From Trypanosoma brucei (lineage: Eukaryota), in NCBI GenBank assembly GCA_000002445.1, contig CM000208.1, positions 1,952,001 through 2,016,000 on the forward strand: a stretch of DNA of 64,000 bases, written 5' to 3'. The position numbers and the translations under genes are program-made. Of the stretch, positions 21,801 through 31,289 are shown piece after piece (positions within the stretch are counted from its first letter, which is position 1; each line of letters opens with the position of its first letter). Under the pieces are notes generated by a model. That model was given only the letters and a program-made list of their open reading frames with translations. It ran no database searches and was not told where the DNA came from.

Positions 21801-22874
21801 TAAGAGGCCCCCCTCAATCTCTTCCCCAGCGACTGCCCACGGACTAAGGCGCATTACGGACTCCACGGTTTGCATAACACGCTCATGACTGTGATAAGCT
21901 GTCTCATCGTTGTTTTCGTCGTGCTCCTCATAGGCTCTGATATAGGGAACATCATCACTGCTCTCCGTTGCTAAAAGTGTGGGCAGCCCTTCACGCTCGC
22001 TGTGATACGCCTCCAATGCTCTGTTTACCAGATCCCTATCAGATATATGCAGAAGCGAGAGCCTAGTTGCGACATGATGTGACACCAAAGACTTTCCACT
22101 GAACTTCGGCCCATCTACGAGAAACAACGGTATTTTGCAGATGTCAAAACGGTTGACCGCGGGCTCATTTGACCACATCTTGTTATACAATGTGTGAAGG
22201 AGCATGAGGAATGTGCTTGGCACCAGACGAAATGGGTGGTGACCGAAAATCATACCGAAGGTAATGCTGGCGCTTCGTTCTATTGACACCGGCACTCCTG
22301 CGATCGACTGAATGAAAGAGTGGAGGGCTGTACATGTGAGGAGGCTTCCAGTAGACCTATTCGTTAGAGAATTTGAATCGAGGAAATCGATGCACTTTTC
22401 GGCGCCCATAAGAACCCTTTGCATAGCTTCTTCGACGGACTCCTCCTTCGCTGCTTTATCCTCAGCAATGAGGAGCTCTTCCAACTCTGCGAGGCGCCGT
22501 TCATCCTTTTCCACCACTGACACCTGCTCCGAGAGTTCTCGTTTCGTAAACGTTGACAGGCACATGTCAGTCATGTGTTTTTGAAGCCTTTCAGCTTCCT
22601 CGCATTCACGCTTTTCCTTTATAACGTGCTCGCTGAGGAGGTCCCACCAACGACCCATATCATCGAGGGAGCGGCGAAAGTTATGTTCTACTAGCGAAAT
22701 ATAGTCGGTGCCACGGTAAAGCACATGCTTCAACTCTTCCTCACTTCGCTTCGCACGTGCTTCGTCTTCTCTAACGATGTAGTCGGCACGCCTCCTTCTT
22801 AGTGCATCGCGCCGCTGCAAGTCTTCCGTGCGTGCACAAACCAGACTCATGACAAAGTCCTCCGCATCCAACAT
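18885..22874 (-). CDS. Large conserved hypothetical protein with a degenerate adenylate-kinase-like P-loop and EF-hand-like motifs (possible SPEF2/CPC1-like flagellar protein)
   Basis: 1329-aa ORF with a verified ATG at 22872-22874. FLVDGPKFSGKSLVSHHVATRL resembles an adenylate-kinase P-loop. The C-terminal DPHGCGYIDWREFVLHL is EF-hand-like. The remainder is coiled-coil rich. Confidence 0.45.
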   Translation of the reverse strand: MLDAEDFVMSLVCARTEDLQRRDALRRRRADYIVREDEARAKRSEEELKHVLYRGTDYISLVEHNFRRSLDDMGRWWDLLSEHVIKEKRECEEAERLQKHMTDMCLSTFTKRELSEQVSVVEKDERRLAELEELLIAEDKAAKEESVEEAMQRVLMGAEKCIDFLDSNSLTNRSTGSLLTCTALHSFIQSIAGVPVSIERSASITFGMIFGHHPFRLVPSTFLMLLHTLYNKMWSNEPAVNRFDICKIPLFLVDGPKFSGKSLVSHHVATRLSLLHISDRDLVNRALEAYHSEREGLPTLLATESSDDVPYIRAYEEHDENNDETAYHSHERVMQTVESVMRLSPWAVAGEEIEGGLLHGRPVEPSLIVHLMQLQMKDTLEGCSGILFDGAVAGLEELQRLQLIIPPFVHPFKGALNNWPSPPPLPPSSTDDGAPTEENQAQRLLVVQREARLEQPVVRGEGKTRPSKKGVDLSTLPPPVLPEVVYPELAPEEREAIERWEGREEDTNTLFSAMVYIHCGTQEIFNRFAGLRVDKETGEQYHMIFCPPPPERVPHVVNLDRTRTSTALLHRVVLEQRRKWDALRRSLTHENGSGGNLYEVDGEQALDGIVSNVARVISSRQRIFEENMLMYEAAMGAKKQKKWIEDTIVEMRERREAERKRLIKIYTESGVPIPHELEDTSPLPSVYTMPEETPQLFFRGLAIFTSYYNGIYGWTGAAVESLVRILLGYRKVAMEKYERFWNQPDEKQGKLDRFVENYNNIPLQLLGQAVCKNELHLLVDQLRDELFSVAEATGRDVTTRIDLITKKENFLGPWSTTVCNVAIATVKGEIERFMATLNMVLIYFSTVVNEPCVFEELESEAVMTRAGVDGVQELAKGKDKKVQGSKKPQRPEDLAEKTGEDMLVEAIGKLVTTITNYVEKLQGPITASQRVRENAKAAAAAADDGRFSLILTKCMPFVHEELASMQERIGRIRQFFVGLMREAEQYCANCRDTLLAKAKEGRLSSASAINTAIYTLRNAIETERAIPPLHLGQQTFSVLSGGPKQDERAVTPLSPYEVTSVHEVPMIHRTLSATRLMSMIRTFRNVAPDYTLASAEFFYIVQPDDYAGAQTRSVRLKTRREVFESFDPHGCGYIDWREFVLHLMLWCEAVPDMTRRDEPNNYYIRECSIEELLETKTALLGAQEVDEETFSKVPFYFAKDLSDDRLGAYMQALWLTFADDDGKLCPTPLLAMMCADRQPVRGAQKAFAVFPSAQDGLLTPWEIDCVSHMLATNPRNMCLPDVFSKENIDILYHGERALSFDSVCELVMGRSMLNSTKAFLRKTFAIDVD

Positions 22875-23136
22875 ATCAGACGCTCTCCACCACTGCCCAA
22901 GTCGTTTATACTACGAAAAGGAAAAAAAAGACGACACAGAAAGAGAAATACAACATGTATGCGCGTACACATATGCCAGAAACGTGAGAAGTAGGGGAGA
23001 AAAGGAGTCAATCAATCAGCCTCTCGACAACATCACTGCATCAGAGATCAACTACCACGTAATGCCAGTTCGCGCAGCCCTTCGATCACACGCATGCGTG
23101 TGTGCGGCCACAAAGAGCAGATCAACGGAGGTATAG

Positions 23137-23871
23137 CTACAGGTTCGTCGTCCATGGTTGCTTCCCCTTCGGTGGTGGCTTTGTGATGTTTATACGAGTA
23201 ATTGCGTCATTGTAGTCACGATATGATTTGAAGAAATTCAACACGGGATGTCGCAGTTGCCTCCATCGCAGCCGCCCCTGCGACCAGAGTTTCAGGTCAA
23301 CTTTCAAACGACGACACGAAGGAACAAAAAGGTAGGCGAGAACCACGGGGCTAAGATACCTGCAGCTGTCTGATATGAACGCCCACGCCCAATTCTCACC
23401 AGTGAAGATTGCCTCAGCTCTCATAATCCTCTGCTCCACAACATAGTACGCCACACCAGGTGCGCTTGGATCGTCTACAAAGTGGTTTCGTTCCCCATCG
23501 GCAACTTGTAGCGCGCGCTGAATCTCCTGGGCATCTGTTACAGCCGTTTCGTGGAGTCGCTTCTGACGGCTATCATACACGCGCTTCTGCACACCATATA
23601 TCACATGCGAGGCGTAGCGTTCCTCCTTGTAGGGCTTTGGGAGCACGAGAGTCTTCAAGCACCGGTAATAGCCCCACAAATGAAGTGCGGCGACGGGATA
23701 ACATAAAAATGGGCACAACATATAGTATATGAATGCCCGAACGGGCGGCACCACCATAGCAAAGTCGATATGTCCCAGCCGCTCGCTCGTCCGGCTTGTG
23801 GCGAGGAGGGGGCCGCGCCACACATCTGTGAGTAATACCCCCGCCAGTGTAGTTGGCTGCTCGGCTGCCAT
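23137..23871 (-). CDS. Hypothetical membrane protein
   Basis: The track start is GTG at 23946, and the first ATG is at 23869-23871 (MAAEQPTTLAGV...). The roughly 244-aa product has two hydrophobic segments. Confidence 0.4.
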   Translation of the reverse strand: MAAEQPTTLAGVLLTDVWRGPLLATSRTSERLGHIDFAMVVPPVRAFIYYMLCPFLCYPVAALHLWGYYRCLKTLVLPKPYKEERYASHVIYGVQKRVYDSRQKRLHETAVTDAQEIQRALQVADGERNHFVDDPSAPGVAYYVVEQRIMRAEAIFTGENWAWAFISDSCRYLSPVVLAYLFVPSCRRLKVDLKLWSQGRLRWRQLRHPVLNFFKSYRDYNDAITRINITKPPPKGKQPWTTNL

Positions 23872-24268
23872 GCCTGCCGTGAATATACCCAAAAGCACAA
23901 AAAGGGTCAGAGAAATGAGAAAAGAGAAGAAGAAACGTGGCAACACAAGATAACATTACAAATGGAGCGTAAAGGTGCCGGGGTGATGGTCTCAAACAAG
24001 AAGCTGACAGACGGCCTACCGAACCAGTTGAATAACCCACAATCAGTCTCCACATCCTCCCCTATTCATTTGGTCAGTGACAGCAGTTGCTTTTTTTAAT
24101 CTTTACTACAACATCAGAGGTGGTTGAAACCACCATAAAGAGATGCGCTATCAGTTTAGACCAAGGAGAGCTGAACACAACACTCACATAAAAACAAAAT
24201 CGAGAGGTGTAATGATGAGCAAGAAAGCAACATGTGAAGCGCATTCGGTGAGTGAACACGCCCCACCG

Positions 24269-26365
24269 TCAGTCTGTCCACTGGGCGTTCGTATTTTTTG
24301 CAATAAATGTGTAAATATCCGCCGACTCCTGCATAATTTTACTGGTGGGCTTACCAGCACCGTGACCGGCGGCCACTTCAACACGAGCAAGGAAGGGGCC
24401 TCCCTCCGTTGGGTTTTCGTGCTGAAGTGCCGCAATGTACTTAAGCGAATGCAGTGGCACCACCCTGTCGTCGTGATCACCTGTTACCACCAAAATTGCA
24501 GGGTATTTAACCCCGCTTTTGATGTTATGTAGTGGGCTGTACTTTTGCAACACCTTGAAGTCCTCCTCTTTATCTGGGTCACCAAAATCTGACCTCCAAG
24601 CGTGGCCGATAGTGAACTTATGGAATTTGTACATGTCCAGCACACCCACCTGGCATATAACACAACGGAAGAGTTCAGGTGCTTGATTTGCAACCGCCGC
24701 CACCAGCAGCCCACCATTTGAGCCCCCCATGATGGCTGTTGTTGCCGGGTTGCCGTAGCCATTTCCGTGGAGGAACTTCGCCGCTTCAATGAAGTCCGTG
24801 AAACAGTTTTGTTTACTTGTCAGACGACCAGCGTTATGCCAAGCCTCTCCGTATTCACCGCCCCCTCGAATGTTCGGCACCGCGAGAACCCCGCGGAGGT
24901 GCTGTAGAAACACCACACGGGATGAGCTGAACGACGGTGTGAGGGATATGTTGAAGCCTCCATAGCCGTAGAGAAGCACCGGAGACTCCGACGTCACTAT
25001 CCCCTTCCGGTGAATAATGAACATTGGAATTCGGGTACCGTCAGCTGAGTTATAGAACTTCTGTTCCGTGATAAAGTCATCAGCAGAGAGGCCCTCGATA
25101 TTGTCATCCTTGAAAACGCGAAGTGATCCCTCGGGATCGTTGATGTCCAACACGAACGATCGCCCCGGGAGGAGGAAAGATGTAACCTTGAAGGACACGA
25201 GGTCCACCTTGCGGTCCGCAAAGAGGGAAGATATCGCTCCGATAGGTATGGTTATTTTCTTTAACTCTGGTTTGTCCAAGCAGCAGTAATAAAGAGTACT
25301 CTTGACATCTTCAAGGTAGACGAGAATCAGAGTGTTCTTCACGAGTGCGGCGTGGTCGAGGACGGCCTCCCTCTCCCCCACAACAATCTGCTCCTTCCCA
25401 GTGGCGATGTCAACGGAGATGATCTTCTTTCGCGGCGCGTCGCGCGTTGTCACGAAGTAAAAGGTGGTGCCATCATTCCCCAAGTATTCAAACGAACCGA
25501 CAAATTCGTTAAACAACTTATTGTATGTTAATGTAGAAGGGGAAAGCTTCTCAGCTCCATCGATAGGTAACTTGGTGATCCATATCAAGTTCTTTGGCTC
25601 ACAACCATCGGTAATAGAAACAACAAGGTACGAGTGACAGTTAGATACCTCAGCAGAAACCCCCCAGTGGGGATGCTCTGGTAGAGAGAGTACGACCACA
25701 TCCTCATCCTGCTTCGTACCGAGGCGGTGGAAGCAAACAAAAGGATCCTTCGCCGCGTCTGTTTCAGCGCCTTTATCCACATCCCCCTTAAGAGCTGGGA
25801 AGCGCGTGTAGAAGAATCCAGTGTTGTGTAACCATGAGATACCTGTGAACTTGGCCCACTCAATAACATCCTCAGTGTCCTCAGCCGTGTCTGCCCGCCG
25901 CACGTGAATGTGTTGCCAATCGCTTCCCTTGTCACTGGCACTGTATGCGAACAGGGATTCGTCCTCACTCCATGCCGTGGCCTTCAAGGCCGTTGTGCCA
26001 TCATTGCTCAGGATATTGGGATCAAGGAAGGTTGTGGGGTTGGAGTCTGTTAGACTCGTGGCACGCTTCAAAACACTTTGGTTCTGTAGACCAGTATTGT
26101 GATAAAAGTAATAACGACCGTTCCGAAAACTGGGGTTGGACGTTCGGGGGAAGTCGAACGTTTGGGAAATGCGGTTATACAACTTATTCCCAAGTGCTTC
26201 GGTGGACCTCATGTATTCACCGAAGAGATCGTTTTGGGCTTTCACGAATGATTTCGTTTCGTTGTTTTCAGGATCTTCAAGGTAGTCATACGGTTCTGGT
26301 ACCGTCACATTATGCAACACGTAGCTCGCTGCCGAGCGTCTTGCAGTGGGGTAAGCGAGGCGCAT
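24269..26365 (-). CDS. POP: Prolyl oligopeptidase (serine peptidase family S9A)
   Basis: 698-aa ORF with a verified ATG. It has an N-terminal beta-propeller and a C-terminal alpha/beta hydrolase domain. The catalytic Ser sits in GGSNGGLLV, and the Asp/His in VTGDHDDRV...AGHGAG are conserved S9A features. Confidence 0.9.
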   Translation of the reverse strand: MRLAYPTARRSAASYVLHNVTVPEPYDYLEDPENNETKSFVKAQNDLFGEYMRSTEALGNKLYNRISQTFDFPRTSNPSFRNGRYYFYHNTGLQNQSVLKRATSLTDSNPTTFLDPNILSNDGTTALKATAWSEDESLFAYSASDKGSDWQHIHVRRADTAEDTEDVIEWAKFTGISWLHNTGFFYTRFPALKGDVDKGAETDAAKDPFVCFHRLGTKQDEDVVVLSLPEHPHWGVSAEVSNCHSYLVVSITDGCEPKNLIWITKLPIDGAEKLSPSTLTYNKLFNEFVGSFEYLGNDGTTFYFVTTRDAPRKKIISVDIATGKEQIVVGEREAVLDHAALVKNTLILVYLEDVKSTLYYCCLDKPELKKITIPIGAISSLFADRKVDLVSFKVTSFLLPGRSFVLDINDPEGSLRVFKDDNIEGLSADDFITEQKFYNSADGTRIPMFIIHRKGIVTSESPVLLYGYGGFNISLTPSFSSSRVVFLQHLRGVLAVPNIRGGGEYGEAWHNAGRLTSKQNCFTDFIEAAKFLHGNGYGNPATTAIMGGSNGGLLVAAVANQAPELFRCVICQVGVLDMYKFHKFTIGHAWRSDFGDPDKEEDFKVLQKYSPLHNIKSGVKYPAILVVTGDHDDRVVPLHSLKYIAALQHENPTEGGPFLARVEVAAGHGAGKPTSKIMQESADIYTFIAKNTNAQWTD

Positions 26366-27853
26366 TTGTGTTTGGGGGTGTCTTTCTTCGTTTCTTATTC
26401 CTCTCCTTCAGATATGAGGCTTTTTTTTTCTTCTTTTGATCTTCTTCCGTTGCAAAAGCAAATAACTGAGAGGATGAAATGTATGCGAAGGCCCTCAAAA
26501 AGAACTTCTACTTGTCCTTTTCACAGGAGAGTTCAAGAAGATTAAAATAAAAAGGGCACAAACTAAAGAAACACATATTACTTAGTGACTGGTTCCAAAT
26601 GGCAACGTCCGGGTGGCTTATACTGCTCCACCAAATAACGTTGTTTAGATGAAGAGGGCTTCACAAAGCAAATCATCCACATCAAATAGCCCACTACCGC
26701 ATGTCATCCTCTGTTACCATAGCTGGTGGACATGCACACAAATATGCTCTTTCACCAAGACCCCCACCGTCTGCAGTGTACTTTTCATGCCGCGGCTACA
26801 CTCAGATGCTACAACCTACATCCCTTCCGACTTTAAACAGACTCGCATCGAGGAAAGTGTGTTAATGGAACTACTCATCATATAGCCTCGGAAAGGGGGT
26901 GAAAATTCGGCACAACATAGTGTGGAGCTGGTGTCCCTCTTGAGTCTGAGCCGAATCATTTGCCTGCACTTCATATTTTCACGTGACACATAATTACACC
27001 CTTCGTTCACATAGAAGATCAACGACATCTCCACAACCGATGAGAAATGCCCACCTAATGATGCACCTTAGGTGTGGCAAACATTACGCCTACAAGTAGC
27101 AGTTTCGCTACATTCACTCAAACATTATATGGAATGTGTGTGAGTGCTTTCCTCCCCTTTTTTGTAAACAACTTTGAAGATGCAACACGAAAGAAAAAAA
27201 ATAAAGAAAAAGAAAGAGAAGTTATTACCACGAACGAAACCCCCTAGTTTTTCTCAAGTGCCACAAAGCAGTGGGCAATGCCGATGACGAAGATGGCGAT
27301 AGGAATGCTTTACCAATCCCACGTTGGATGAGGGCCGCTGCCGTGCTGAAACCACTGTGATCTGACACGGAAGTTTACATTAACAACGAAGTGGCGTTGT
27401 GTCGTTAAGGTGGTTGTTCCTCACCACCATGGGGTAAGGGTCTTTCATCCTTTCTCCCTTCCTCCCCACTGCGTCTCCCATTCCTTTTTCATGCACAAGT
27501 AAAAGGGAGGATGAGAAACCAACCCCTCAGATCGGAGTTTCTTCCTACTTTTATTTCGGCTTCTACTTCCCTATCACCCTCATTCTTTCTTCCCCGCCAC
27601 GTACACACACCGCGCTGATTCACGAGGCTAAACGTTTCGCTTCACCAGCCGTACAAGATAGGGGGCAATAACTTCTGCCCCTCCTTCGGATAATGGCCGC
27701 CTCCTTCTCGGCGTCTGCAAATCTTCCCAAGCGTATACCACCGCTTCAACCTTTCATTTCACTTACACTGCTCTCGCCTTCTCCTCCAACATGCGTCGGC
27801 AACTGACAGTGTTCCCAATCTTTCTTTCCCTATCATTCCCTCAATATCGACCA

Positions 27854-28621
27854 TCAAACGCCATATTTCGCCTCCTCCATATCATACTGGGAAAGACCGT
27901 CGAGGTACTTGCGCAGGACCTCCGTCTCGATATTATCATCCCAAACCGTTTTCTGTGGCTTAGGAGCGGGAAGATTCGTGTAATCCACCTCATCTGCCCG
28001 ACCCGCCTGCTTCTGTTGGCCCTCAGCCTTGTTCACGTACTGACCCGCAAGTTCTACCGCGAATCCCTTGACAATCGTGCGGTCGACGACCGTTTTCAAA
28101 ACGAGAGTGTAATCAGCGAGCTCCTTCAACCCCTTGTGCAGCTCCTCCGCGACTCGGCGGGCTTCCTCCACGTTCTTTTCACCGCCAGGGGCGACAAAGA
28201 TTTTCGCCACGGCCTTTTTCTGCTTTGCGTTAACAAATGTCTCATAGACCTCCGCCACCTCTTGGATGAGTTCCAGCATACCGTTGTTCTGCATCCACAC
28301 AAGTGTGAAAAAGGTGGGCTCTGAGAGTTGCTTGAACTCGGGTATCTTTTCAACAACTGCCGTGCGCTCCCAGAAGATAGGAAGCTTGGAGGCCGCAGCT
28401 GCTATCTTCTGGAAATCGCTTAAGATGTTGTCAAAGTTTCCCTTCTCTTCTGCCGCCTTGTACAGGAACTTGGCAAAGAGCACACTATCACTGGGAACAA
28501 TGTTTAACGGATACTTCGAGTTCTCAAAGTCACTTGCGTAAAGTTTCTTCAATCCCTCAGGCGGTGTGTAGAAGCGGGCCGCCACAACTGCCCTTGCACT
28601 TGAAGAAAGTCGGCGGAACAT
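27854..28621 (-). CDS. OSCP: Mitochondrial F1Fo ATP synthase OSCP (delta-type) subunit
   Basis: 255-aa ORF with a verified ATG at 28619-28621. It has a mitochondrial-presequence-like N-terminus (MFRRLSSSARAVVAARF). Its length and LAGQYV-type C-terminal region are typical of OSCP. Its position between POP and AP-1 beta matches T. brucei, as recalled. Confidence 0.65.
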   Translation of the reverse strand: MFRRLSSSARAVVAARFYTPPEGLKKLYASDFENSKYPLNIVPSDSVLFAKFLYKAAEEKGNFDNILSDFQKIAAAASKLPIFWERTAVVEKIPEFKQLSEPTFFTLVWMQNNGMLELIQEVAEVYETFVNAKQKKAVAKIFVAPGGEKNVEEARRVAEELHKGLKELADYTLVLKTVVDRTIVKGFAVELAGQYVNKAEGQQKQAGRADEVDYTNLPAPKPQKTVWDDNIETEVLRKYLDGLSQYDMEEAKYGV

Positions 28622-29192
28622 AACTATGAACCTTTACTTCTTCTCACAACCACAGGGAGGATTAAAACAAAAAAAGGCTCGCGATTTACAGTGAAGGTGT
28701 ACGAGTGAGAGGGAAGTAGCGGAGTTTGTGGGGGGGGGGGAGCAGGGGCACCGTAGGCATAAGAAGGAAAGATGTTACCAGCAAGCGAGCAAACGAATGT
28801 CGATGTTCGCATTCCTTTCAGGCGGTTCACCAAAGGTGGATAAAGAAAGGGTTCGAGGAGTAAGTGGAAGTGAGGTCATCACTATCGGTAGCAGTCCCGC
28901 ACACGGCACTTTAATGATTAGCGTTCTGTTCTTTTCTTTTCTTTTTTCCCTTCCCTCACTTAGATTTGTCTTCTTTTTTTTTTGGCGCTTCTCCTCCTCC
29001 ACTCTCTTCAGAGTAATAAAGAGAGCGAACAACAATAAGGGTAGAAGAACAGAAAACATTCAAAACTACCGGGGCGTGAAAAGCAAAGTCCATCCACACA
29101 TCCACACAGTCCAGCAGGGGAAAAGGTACGTACAACGAAGAGGAACGGTGGGAGAGCAGTTGCGGATTTGGCTGTTAACCCTTTTCTTCCCT

Positions 29193-31280
29193 TCATGAAA
29201 ACAAATCATCCAGAGTTGACGCCTGTTGAACGACTGGTTTTGGCGGTACCGCTGGCAGACCGCCGCCGAGCAGGTCTTCGAGGGGATCCCTATGGCTGGT
29301 TGCAGCTGCTCCCGCTGCTGCATTATTTGGTCCCGCCGGCAACTGCGATGCCGCTGGTGGGCCGAAATCGAAGAGAGACGGTTGCGCAGCTTCGGTGCTT
29401 CCCACCTGTGGCTCACTGGACTGCGGCTCCGCTTCTTCATCTTCCTCTTCTTCATCGCTACCGTCCTCAGTGACGAAGCCGTAGGGTGGGAGAAACGACT
29501 GGGCGGGTCTTGCGAATACCGCTGCAGCTGTGTTGATAGACTTTAATAAATCTCCCATTGTCATAGCATCGCTGAATGTGGACTCCACGGCAACTGCAGC
29601 ATGGTGTCCATGGACGATCTCTTTCATCTTGGCCACGCCAATACCTTTGGAAAGCAGCCGCCAGTATGCATAGGCGCGATCGCGTATATCGGGGTCACTG
29701 CTTTGTGTTGTCAGTGCGTCAAGCACAGTGTTGAGGGTCGGCTCCATTCCCTGAGGATCGCGCAAAAACATCTTGATAACGGCACTAAGGATACTCAATT
29801 GAACTGGTGGCTCATGCAGCATGAGTTCCTCAATGTATTTTCGAATGATGTCCATCCCGTTTTCAACAAATTCACAGAACTCACCCAACATCCAAATGAG
29901 TGACACTTTCGCCTCCTCTTCCACTACGCCGTCCGCCCCGCACTCCGAGATTAGAGTGCCCAGCACAAGCAACTTTGGGTACTTGCGGGTGATATTTTTG
30001 CAGCTTGTCACCACCTGTGGCAGCAACTCGGGGCGGTTTTTAACAATACGCAGCAACAGAGCCACACAGCTCTGCGCAACTGAGTCAATCTTAAGTGCGA
30101 GCTCGGCTATTCCCTTCACCACCTCCTCGACAAAGAATGGATCCACCTCGGTGCTGTATTCCTCCAGCTCTTTCAGGATGCCATTTGCTGAGGAATTGCT
30201 GACGAGCTTGAGCAGGAGTCGCAACTTCTCCAGCTTTACGTATGGTGGGTCCGAGAAGCGAACGTAGAAGGAATCCAGGTTGTTAATCAGAAGGTTAGGG
30301 AATATGACAAGCAGGGCGTGAATGTTCTTGCACACAACGTACTGTGCCTCGGGATCGCCTCTCGACAGTGTCACGAGGGCTGAGTTAATCCGCACGCCAA
30401 CCTCATTTACTGTGCTTTGACCACAGTGAGGTAAGTAGTTGATGATGACTTTGATGGCTCCCATGACAACAGACTGGTTTGTGTGATTGGTCTGCAGCAT
30501 AACGCGCGAGACAACATCCTCTGCAAATCTATCGTCGCCCGGCCGGGTGCAAGAAACAAGCTCCAAGATGTTGAGTTGCCCCCACTCTGTGGTTCCAGGT
30601 ATCTGGTCCAGCAAGTGCATAATGTGGTGACGCTCCAACACAATTGGAGTCCCGCCGTTGCTGTTGACCTCCATCACCACGGCGGCCGCATTGGAGACAA
30701 CAACGGCAGCTTTATCAGTCAGCAATTTTAGAAGCTCCGTGCTGAAGCCCTGATCCTCGTATAATTGTCTGCTGTTGTGGAACAGCTTTCCTATACCAAT
30801 GACTGCGTTCTTGCGAACATACGGATCCAAGTCATTGACAGCGCGACGGAGGGGCTCCAGTGTATACTCCGTCACGGAATCCACACGCACGCACATCATC
30901 GTTCGCACGGCGAGCGCCCGCACGACTGGTGAAGGGTTGGTTGTGTCTTGAAGAAATGTGTTGACCGCCATGAGAGCCTTCCCAGGCTGCAGCTTCGCGT
31001 TACTGAGAACGTATAGGTAAACCAACTTCTTAAGCTCAAGATTTGTCGTCTGCCCGAGTTTCACGACATCCATGAAGAGATGGCTCACGTCACGGCCCAT
31101 CGTCATTCCGGCGATAATGCGTTTCACGGCGTTCTTTTGGCGCGACTTATCATTGCTGTTAAGCTCATGTTGCAGCGCCGTTCCCTCTCCGCGCCACGCG
31201 GTGTTGAAAAACTTTGAGCCACCGCCGCTGTGCCGGAAGTTCTGTTTGAGCTTTTCCACCTTGCGAAGAACCGCTTCCAT
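29193..31280 (-). CDS. Adaptor protein complex beta subunit (AP-1 beta-adaptin-like)
   Basis: 695-aa ORF with a verified ATG. Strong similarity to beta-adaptin trunk motifs: NAVKRIIAGMTMGRDVSHLF, LELKKLVYLYV and VVRALAVRTM. It lacks the appendage/ear domain. Confidence 0.8.
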   Translation of the reverse strand: MEAVLRKVEKLKQNFRHSGGGSKFFNTAWRGEGTALQHELNSNDKSRQKNAVKRIIAGMTMGRDVSHLFMDVVKLGQTTNLELKKLVYLYVLSNAKLQPGKALMAVNTFLQDTTNPSPVVRALAVRTMMCVRVDSVTEYTLEPLRRAVNDLDPYVRKNAVIGIGKLFHNSRQLYEDQGFSTELLKLLTDKAAVVVSNAAAVVMEVNSNGGTPIVLERHHIMHLLDQIPGTTEWGQLNILELVSCTRPGDDRFAEDVVSRVMLQTNHTNQSVVMGAIKVIINYLPHCGQSTVNEVGVRINSALVTLSRGDPEAQYVVCKNIHALLVIFPNLLINNLDSFYVRFSDPPYVKLEKLRLLLKLVSNSSANGILKELEEYSTEVDPFFVEEVVKGIAELALKIDSVAQSCVALLLRIVKNRPELLPQVVTSCKNITRKYPKLLVLGTLISECGADGVVEEEAKVSLIWMLGEFCEFVENGMDIIRKYIEELMLHEPPVQLSILSAVIKMFLRDPQGMEPTLNTVLDALTTQSSDPDIRDRAYAYWRLLSKGIGVAKMKEIVHGHHAAVAVESTFSDAMTMGDLLKSINTAAAVFARPAQSFLPPYGFVTEDGSDEEEEDEEAEPQSSEPQVGSTEAAQPSLFDFGPPAASQLPAGPNNAAAGAAATSHRDPLEDLLGGGLPAVPPKPVVQQASTLDDLFS

Positions 31281-31289
31281 TTTCCCGAA

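Noticed and set aside
27275-27365. C/D-box snoRNA-like motifs (CGATGACG ... CTGA about 80 nt apart)
   Set aside because: The motifs are on the plus strand, which is antisense to the transcribed strand of this array. No convincing guide complementarity or terminal stem. Kinetoplastid snoRNAs usually occur in tandem clusters, which are absent here.
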